Shown here: in pieces, positions 58,719 to 64,000 of the stretch | How positions within the stretch are numbered: position 1 is the stretch's first letter | How the letters are laid out: every line of letters starts with the position of its first letter | Made by a program: the position numbers and the translations under genes | The notes under the pieces: model-generated | Told to the model about the DNA's origin: nothing | What the model saw: only the letters and a program-made list of their open reading frames with translations | Database searches by the model: none | NCBI GenBank assembly: GCA_042218075.1 | Contig: JBDGRK010000018.1 | Span: 32,001 to 96,000, forward strand | Direction of reading: 5' to 3' | DNA length: 64,000 nt | From: Candidatus Nanohaloarchaea archaeon | GTDB lineage: Archaea > Nanohalarchaeota > Nanosalinia > Nanosalinales > Nanosalinaceae

Positions 58719-59210
58719 ATGGCCGAGACAGAGCAGATAATAAGGATTGCGAGAACCGGGGTGGATGGAACCCAGCCTATCTCCAAGGCTCTCACGGGAT
58801 TGAAGGGGGTTGGAGATATGTACGCCAACGCAGTTGCGAAGGAACTGGAGGTAGACAAGGATAAAACTCTCGGCGACCTTGAAGAGGACAGGATCGATGA
58901 GATCGAGGAGATAGTCAAGAACCCTGACATGATCGATCTCCCGGAATGGCTGAGGAACAGGAGAAAGGATCGCGATACTGGAGAAGACCAGCATCTGATA
59001 GAATCGGATCTTGAACTACAGGAAGAATTCGATATCAGGAGACTGAAAGAGATTGAATCCTACAAGGGATGGAGGCACGAGATTGGCCTGCCTGTTAGAG
59101 GTCAAAAGACAAAATCCTCATTCAGGTCGGGCGCCAAGATAGGAGTATCCAGGGCGAGACTCCGTGAGGAAGCCGCGGAGGATACGGGAGAGGATGAAAC
59201 TGAAGAATGA
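58719..59210 (+). CDS. rps13: 30S ribosomal protein S13
   Basis: ALTGLKGVG, YKGWRHEIGLPVRGQ. Confidence 0.96.
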   Translation: MAETEQIIRIARTGVDGTQPISKALTGLKGVGDMYANAVAKELEVDKDKTLGDLEEDRIDEIEEIVKNPDMIDLPEWLRNRRKDRDTGEDQHLIESDLELQEEFDIRRLKEIESYKGWRHEIGLPVRGQKTKSSFRSGAKIGVSRARLREEAAEDTGEDETEE

Positions 59211-59231
59211 TTTTAAACAAAGGTGATCTTG

Positions 59232-59819
59232 ATGGTTAAGAAGCTGAAGCAGCAGTTCGAAACCCCGAATGAGGCATGGAGCGAGGACAGGATGCAGAGA
59301 GAGGAGGAACTGATAGAGGAATTCGGGCTGAAAAACAAGGAAGAAGTCTACAAGGCTGAGAGCACCCTCAGAGGGCTCAGGAGAGAGGCCAGGAAACTGG
59401 TGGCGGAAGAGGACGAGTCTCAGAAAGAAGCCCTGATCAACAAAGCCCACGAGACGGGACTTGTGAGGGAAGACGCAGAACTCGAGGATATCCTGACCCT
59501 GAACACGACCGACATACTTGAAAGAAGGCTCCAGACAGTTGTCAACAGGAGAGGTTACTCGGACACTGTTAGGCAGGCGAGACAGATGGTAACGCACGGA
59601 CACGTCTACATTGATGGAGAGAGAGTAACGATTCCCGGCTACCTTCTGACGCAGGAGGAGGAAAAACAGATCGGGGTTAGAATGCCGGAGCCGGACGAAG
59701 AGGCCTCCGGAACTGAAAGCGAGGAAGAAAATGAAGAAGGGAATGAGGAGATTGAGGAAACAGAAGAAGGAGAAGAATCCGAAACTCAGGAGAACGATGA
59801 AGAAGGTGAACAAGAATGA
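59232..59819 (+). CDS. rps4: 30S ribosomal protein S4
   Basis: [26 protein letters not shown]; acidic tail. Confidence 0.96.
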   Translation: MVKKLKQQFETPNEAWSEDRMQREEELIEEFGLKNKEEVYKAESTLRGLRREARKLVAEEDESQKEALINKAHETGLVREDAELEDILTLNTTDILERRLQTVVNRRGYSDTVRQARQMVTHGHVYIDGERVTIPGYLLTQEEEKQIGVRMPEPDEEASGTESEEENEEGNEEIEETEEGEESETQENDEEGEQE

Positions 59820-60196
59820 AAAAGGGTATCGTGAATATCTACTCCAGCTTTAACAACACAATAATTCACATAACCGATGCCACGGGAGCAGAGACCATCT
59901 CCAGGATTTCTGCAGGTATGGTAACCGACAAGGGAAGGCTACAGGGTTCTCCGTTCCCGGCGATGAAGGCGGCGAAGAAGGCTGTGGATGAAGCCCAGGA
60001 AAAAGGTATTGAGAAGGTAGATATTCAGGTAAGGGCTCCAGGAGGACAGGGGCAGAAGATGCCGGGAAAAGGAGCTCAGCCCGCTATCAGGGCGATCTCA
60101 AGATCAGACCTGGAGGTCGGAAATATTGAAGACGTCACTCCCGTACCGCACGACGGTTGCAGGGAGAAAGGAGGAAAGAGAGGTAGAAGAGTATGA
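59816..60196 (+). CDS. rps11: 30S ribosomal protein S11
   Basis: [23 protein letters not shown]. Confidence 0.96.
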   Translation: MKKGIVNIYSSFNNTIIHITDATGAETISRISAGMVTDKGRLQGSPFPAMKAAKKAVDEAQEKGIEKVDIQVRAPGGQGQKMPGKGAQPAIRAISRSDLEVGNIEDVTPVPHDGCREKGGKRGRRV

Positions 60197-60765
60197 AGCT
60201 TGAAACTGTAGAAGAAAGGGAAGATGTTCTGAAGCTCAAAATTGAAGGTATCAATGAAGTCATTTCAAACTCTCTCAGGAGGGCGATGATGACAAAGGTA
60301 CCGACACTGGCTGTAAAGAATCTCGAGATCAGGAAGAACGAGTCCGCGCTGTTCGACGAAGTGCTCGCAAACAGGATAGGTCAGGTTCCACTGAGTGTGC
60401 CTGATAACGTGGATAAAGAAGATACAGTTCACGTTGCACTGAAGCAGGAAGGTCCGGGAGAAGTTCTAGCGGAAGACCTCCAGATGGATAATGAGGAAGC
60501 AGAGCCTGTCAACCCGGAAGCGATACTTGTTACCCTGAAAGAAGATCAGGAAGTTGACCTGGAGGCTGAAGCAGTTCTTGATAGAGGAGAGACTCACGCA
60601 AAGCATCAGGGAGGAACGATAGGGTACGAAAAAGCAGATGAAGGAGAGTTCGTCTTCAGGATAGAGTCGACATCCGGCTACGGGAACGAGGAGCTCCTGG
60701 AGGAAGCAGTTGAGCAGATAAAGATGGAGCTTGACGAGTTTGAGGAAGCGGTCGAGGACTTATAG
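60193..60765 (+). CDS. rpoD: RNA polymerase subunit Rpo3/D (short form)
   Basis: [30 protein letters not shown]. Confidence 0.93.
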   Translation: MKLETVEEREDVLKLKIEGINEVISNSLRRAMMTKVPTLAVKNLEIRKNESALFDEVLANRIGQVPLSVPDNVDKEDTVHVALKQEGPGEVLAEDLQMDNEEAEPVNPEAILVTLKEDQEVDLEAEAVLDRGETHAKHQGGTIGYEKADEGEFVFRIESTSGYGNEELLEEAVEQIKMELDEFEEAVEDL

Positions 60766-60813
60766 AACACGTTTCTACTTTAAACAGATTTCTACAATTC
60801 TATCTTAACTTAT

Positions 60814-60896
<83 letters not shown>

Positions 60897-61154
60897 ATAT
60901 ATTTTCTCAATCGGTCAAATCTCTGATCCAATAAGCGGAAAAGATAGGCCCGACCAGAAAATCTGACAGATCAGCGTATTGGCGAAAATATCGGATGAAG
61001 AGTGATATCGAATTCGAGAGGAAGTCATCTGGAACGAAAACTTGAGTAAGAGTGTAATCTGTTCTTGAAAGTAAAAGTAGCTCCCCCTTTATAAAATTCA
61101 GCTTAATTCTTTACTATACGCCATCAGTGGCGAGAGCCGCGAGGTAGATTAATT

Positions 61155-61505
61155 ATGGACGCTAAAGCAGACCCTACCAATCCGGTACTACTGGAAACTA
61201 TCGAGCAACTTCAGGAAAAGGATGCAGGGATATGGAACCAAGTAGCTGAAAATCTTGGAAAGGTAAACAGGAGAAGACCTGAAGTGAATATTTCTGATAT
61301 TGAGAGAAATTCGGAAGAAGGGGATACGGTCGTGGTTCCGGGAAAGGTGTTGGGAGCAGGAAGACTGACCAAGGAAGTTAAAGTTGCGGCTTTCAAGGCC
61401 TCTGGATCTGCAAAACAGCATATAGATGAGAAGGGGGAATTCATGTTGATCGAGGAACTTGTCGAGGAAAACCCGGAGGGAAGCGAGGTGAAGCTAATCA
61501 AATGA
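61155..61505 (+). CDS. rpl18e: 50S ribosomal protein L18e
   Basis: TNPVL, RPEVNIS, VVVPGKVLG. Confidence 0.95.
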   Translation: MDAKADPTNPVLLETIEQLQEKDAGIWNQVAENLGKVNRRRPEVNISDIERNSEEGDTVVVPGKVLGAGRLTKEVKVAAFKASGSAKQHIDEKGEFMLIEELVEENPEGSEVKLIK

Positions 61506-61558
61506 TGAAAATCGGATATTCTGGTGAAGCAGAAAGTAACAGAGGTGTTTTAGAATGA
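61502..61558 (+). other. 18-aa linker mini-ORF between rpl18e and rpl13
   Basis: ATGA overlaps at both ends. Confidence 0.5.
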
Positions 61559-61962
61559 CGGTTCTCGACGCAGGGAACAAGATAGTTGGAAGACTTGCCA
61601 CGGAAGTGGCCAGAAGAGTGAAAGAAGGAGAGCAGATAGATATAGTCAACTCGGAGAAAGCGGTGATTTCGGGCGAACGGGAAGAAGTGGTCGCCGACTA
61701 CAGGCAGAAGTACGAGAGAGGATCGAAGTACACCGGACCCCATTACCCGAAAAGGCCCGACAGAATACTGAAGAGGATTGTAAAAGGAATGCTTCCGGAC
61801 GACCAGGAGTTAAAATCAAATGTAAAGACTTACCTCGGGAATCCTGAAGGAGAGGCTGAAAATCCTGGAACGAAAGAGGGCAGTGATCTCAGGACCAAGA
61901 ACTATGTAAAACTTGGCGAAGTTTCCAAATCATTGGGCTGGAGCCCGGAGATCGAGGTGTAA
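61555..61962 (+). CDS. rpl13: 50S ribosomal protein L13
   Basis: VGRLAT, NSEKAVISG, VKGMLP. Confidence 0.95.
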   Translation: MTVLDAGNKIVGRLATEVARRVKEGEQIDIVNSEKAVISGEREEVVADYRQKYERGSKYTGPHYPKRPDRILKRIVKGMLPDDQELKSNVKTYLGNPEGEAENPGTKEGSDLRTKNYVKLGEVSKSLGWSPEIEV

Positions 61963-61965
61963 AAC

Positions 61966-62367
61966 ATGGCTACACACAGGGAAGGAAAGAGAAAGACGGC
62001 GAAGGCAAGAGCAACGGTCAGAGAGGGAGAGGGAACGCTGAGGATAAATTCACGACCTCTGAACACGTGGCAGGAGACAGCCGCGAAGAGGATTAAAGAA
62101 CCTCTGGTGATCGCGGGAGAAGATATAATCGGAGACCTCGAGATCGAGGTCAATACTGAAGGCGGAGGTATCCAGGGACAGGCAGAGGCAATAAGGATGG
62201 CGATTGCCAGAGCGCTTGTAGACCATACTGGAAGCGACGATCTAGAGAGAGATTTCCGCGACTACGACAGGAGCATGATGGTTGAAGACCCAAGGAGAAC
62301 TGAGACAAGAAAACCCTCACAGTCTAGCAAGGGAGCTAGACACAAACAGCAGAAATCCTACCGTTAG
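61966..62367 (+). CDS. rps9: 30S ribosomal protein S9
   Basis: GKRKTAKARA, GGGIQGQAEA, QKSYR. Confidence 0.96.
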   Translation: MATHREGKRKTAKARATVREGEGTLRINSRPLNTWQETAAKRIKEPLVIAGEDIIGDLEIEVNTEGGGIQGQAEAIRMAIARALVDHTGSDDLERDFRDYDRSMMVEDPRRTETRKPSQSSKGARHKQQKSYR

Positions 62368-62381
62368 GAGGTATTCAAATA

Positions 62382-62579
62382 ATGCAAGTACCAGTCAGAT
62401 GTATGTCTTGTGGAAAAGTCATCAGCGATAAATGGAACGAGTTCAACGAAAGAGTTGAAAATGGAGAGGAGAAGGGAGAAGTTCTCGACGATCTCGGGCT
62501 CGAAAAGTACTGCTGCAGGACAATCTTCCTGACCCACGTCGATACAGTGGAAGAAGTCGCAGAGCACGAGATTACCTGA
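62382..62579 (+). CDS. rpoN: RNA polymerase subunit Rpo10/N
   Basis: PVRCMSCGK, YCCR. Confidence 0.95.
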   Translation: MQVPVRCMSCGKVISDKWNEFNERVENGEEKGEVLDDLGLEKYCCRTIFLTHVDTVEEVAEHEIT

Positions 62580-62582
62580 TTA

Positions 62583-62960
62583 TTAGTTCAGGTTTCTCAG
62601 AGCAGGAAGTATCAACTCGATGTTAGGAGCTAACTCAATACTATCAAGTTCATCAGGACTTAACCATTCCATTCTCTCAAACTTATCCTCCTGCAGTTGG
62701 GGTTCACCTTCTATAATTTGAGCGAGGTATCCGTTCCAGAGAAATATATCTCCGTCATGCTGGAACTCGCCCGTGTAAAAGGGCTTCTCCAGCTCTACTT
62801 CGACCCCTATCTCCTCTTTGGCTTCCCTCCTTGCGGCCTCTGTAGGAGATTCATCTTCCTCCACCTTCCCACCGGGCACTTCCCAGTGCCCCTCATCTTT
62901 ACTGTAGAGAAGCAGTATTTTCCCGTCCTCAACTATCAGGTTTCCGGCGAGTTCTATCAT
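62583..62960 (-). CDS. NUDIX hydrolase
   Basis: PGGKVEEDESPTEAARREAKEEIG Nudix box. Confidence 0.92.
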   Translation of the reverse strand: MIELAGNLIVEDGKILLLYSKDEGHWEVPGGKVEEDESPTEAARREAKEEIGVEVELEKPFYTGEFQHDGDIFLWNGYLAQIIEGEPQLQEDKFERMEWLSPDELDSIELAPNIELILPALRNLN

Positions 62961-62996
62961 AAAATATCTTAAGATCTGAAGCCTTTTAGCTTAAAG

Positions 62997-63794
62997 CTAG
63001 AGGAACACGAAAAGGGGCAACATAATTCCGAGTCCCGCCAAAATGCCTAAGGTGAATGCCTTTCTCCAGTCATCTAGCTCCTCACCCTGCTCCCTTGCCT
63101 CCTCTATGAATTCCGTAATAACTAGATAGATCATTGCTCCCGCCGCAAAGCCGAAGCCTATAGGCATGAACTGCTTCGCCTGGCGAACAAAGATGAAGGC
63201 TATCACCGCTCCTATAGGCTGGGGAACACTCGAGAATATCGTGGCTCCCAGCATCTTCCACCTGTTCATTCCCATCGCCCGGAAAGGAATCGATATGGCG
63301 ATTCCCTCCGGTATGTTGTGGATGGAGATAGCGACTGTCATCAGTATGGCGAGCGGAGGTATCACGAATCCAAGCAATGGAACTCCTCCCTCGAAGCCAA
63401 GCTCCGCAAATGCAACACCTATCGCAACTCCCTCCGGGAACGAATGAACTGTAAGGACGCCGAGGATCAATACCATCTTCCGGAAGGTGGCTTGCTCGAA
63501 AGTTCCAGGATCCAGCTCGTGCTCGTCAAGGAGTCGTGAAGCACCTTCGACAAGGACAACCCCTACGAGAAGACCGATCGAAACCTCCAGAATAGTTCCC
63601 GACGCCAGACCCTCGGGAATCAATCCGAATACCGAGGCGAAAAACATGATACCTGAGGCTAGACCCCACAGAGCGACGAGCCAGCTGTCGCTGAAGTCTT
63701 GCTTGAAGAAGAAAGGTAAAGCTCCTATCCCGGTCGCAAGATCGGTAATCAGCCCAGCTACAAGTACCAGCAGAAGGTTTTCGAGTAGAGCCAT
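62997..63794 (-). CDS. ZIP (GufA/ZupT) metal transporter
   Basis: HSFPEGVA, HNIPEGIA, FAAGAM. Confidence 0.92.
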   Translation of the reverse strand: MALLENLLLVLVAGLITDLATGIGALPFFFKQDFSDSWLVALWGLASGIMFFASVFGLIPEGLASGTILEVSIGLLVGVVLVEGASRLLDEHELDPGTFEQATFRKMVLILGVLTVHSFPEGVAIGVAFAELGFEGGVPLLGFVIPPLAILMTVAISIHNIPEGIAISIPFRAMGMNRWKMLGATIFSSVPQPIGAVIAFIFVRQAKQFMPIGFGFAAGAMIYLVITEFIEEAREQGEELDDWRKAFTLGILAGLGIMLPLFVFL

Positions 63795-63816
63795 ACCAGG
63801 AAATACTCTGCTAGGC

Positions 63817-63999
63817 TTAAGTCATCTGCGATCCGATCCTCTCCGCTATTTCATCTCCATCCTCAAGCTCCGATCTATCGTAATCTATCTCAAGCTCGTC
63901 GCCAGTGTACCTTGGAGTCACATGGAAATGGAGATGTTTCACCTCCTGTCCCGCTACTTCACCATTATTCTGATCTACATTGATTCCTCCAGGTTCAAA
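63817..63999 (-). CDS. HIT-family protein, 3' part only (truncated by window edge)
   Basis: Translates as FEPGGINVDQNNGEVAGQEVKHLHFHVTPRY...; stop at 63817. Confidence 0.8.
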   Translation of the reverse strand, partial: FEPGGINVDQNNGEVAGQEVKHLHFHVTPRYTGDELEIDYDRSELEDGDEIAERIGSQMT

Positions 64000-64000
64000 A

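Noticed and set aside
59690-59819. GAA/GAG-rich low-complexity tract
   Set aside because: Encodes the acidic tail of S4, typical of halophilic proteins.

Overview
Archaeal chromosomal segment with a very acidic proteome, split rpoB and rpoA and a compact housekeeping gene set, most consistent with a Nanohaloarchaeota (DPANN) genome; this assignment is inferred from sequence character only. It carries the RNA polymerase/str/alpha clusters, four aminoacyl-tRNA synthetase genes (pheS, pheT, trpS, glyS), seven tRNA genes (five with introns or inserts), EndA, three free-standing LAGLIDADG genes (one broken) and an intein in EF-2. Main observation: the three aaRS transcription units (pheST, the operon ending in trpS, and glyS) each have a short upstream ORF containing AAR-GGT-GRA-YRY-TTT followed by the cognate codon (TTC Phe, TGG Trp, GGA Gly). 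A +1 shift at that site runs to an ATGA overlap with pheS or glyS, or into the first gene of the trpS operon. This is a candidate amino-acid-sensing programmed frameshift system. Second: rnhB is interrupted in its DEAGRGP motif by a 32-nt bulge-helix-bulge intron. It lies next to endA and directly downstream of a LAGLIDADG gene, and the same endonuclease-plus-mini-intron layout occurs at tRNA-Val. Also seen: mini-ORFs bridging operon junctions, a recurring hairpin family, a K-turn-closed ncRNA candidate and repeats of the tRNA-Ser 3' end.
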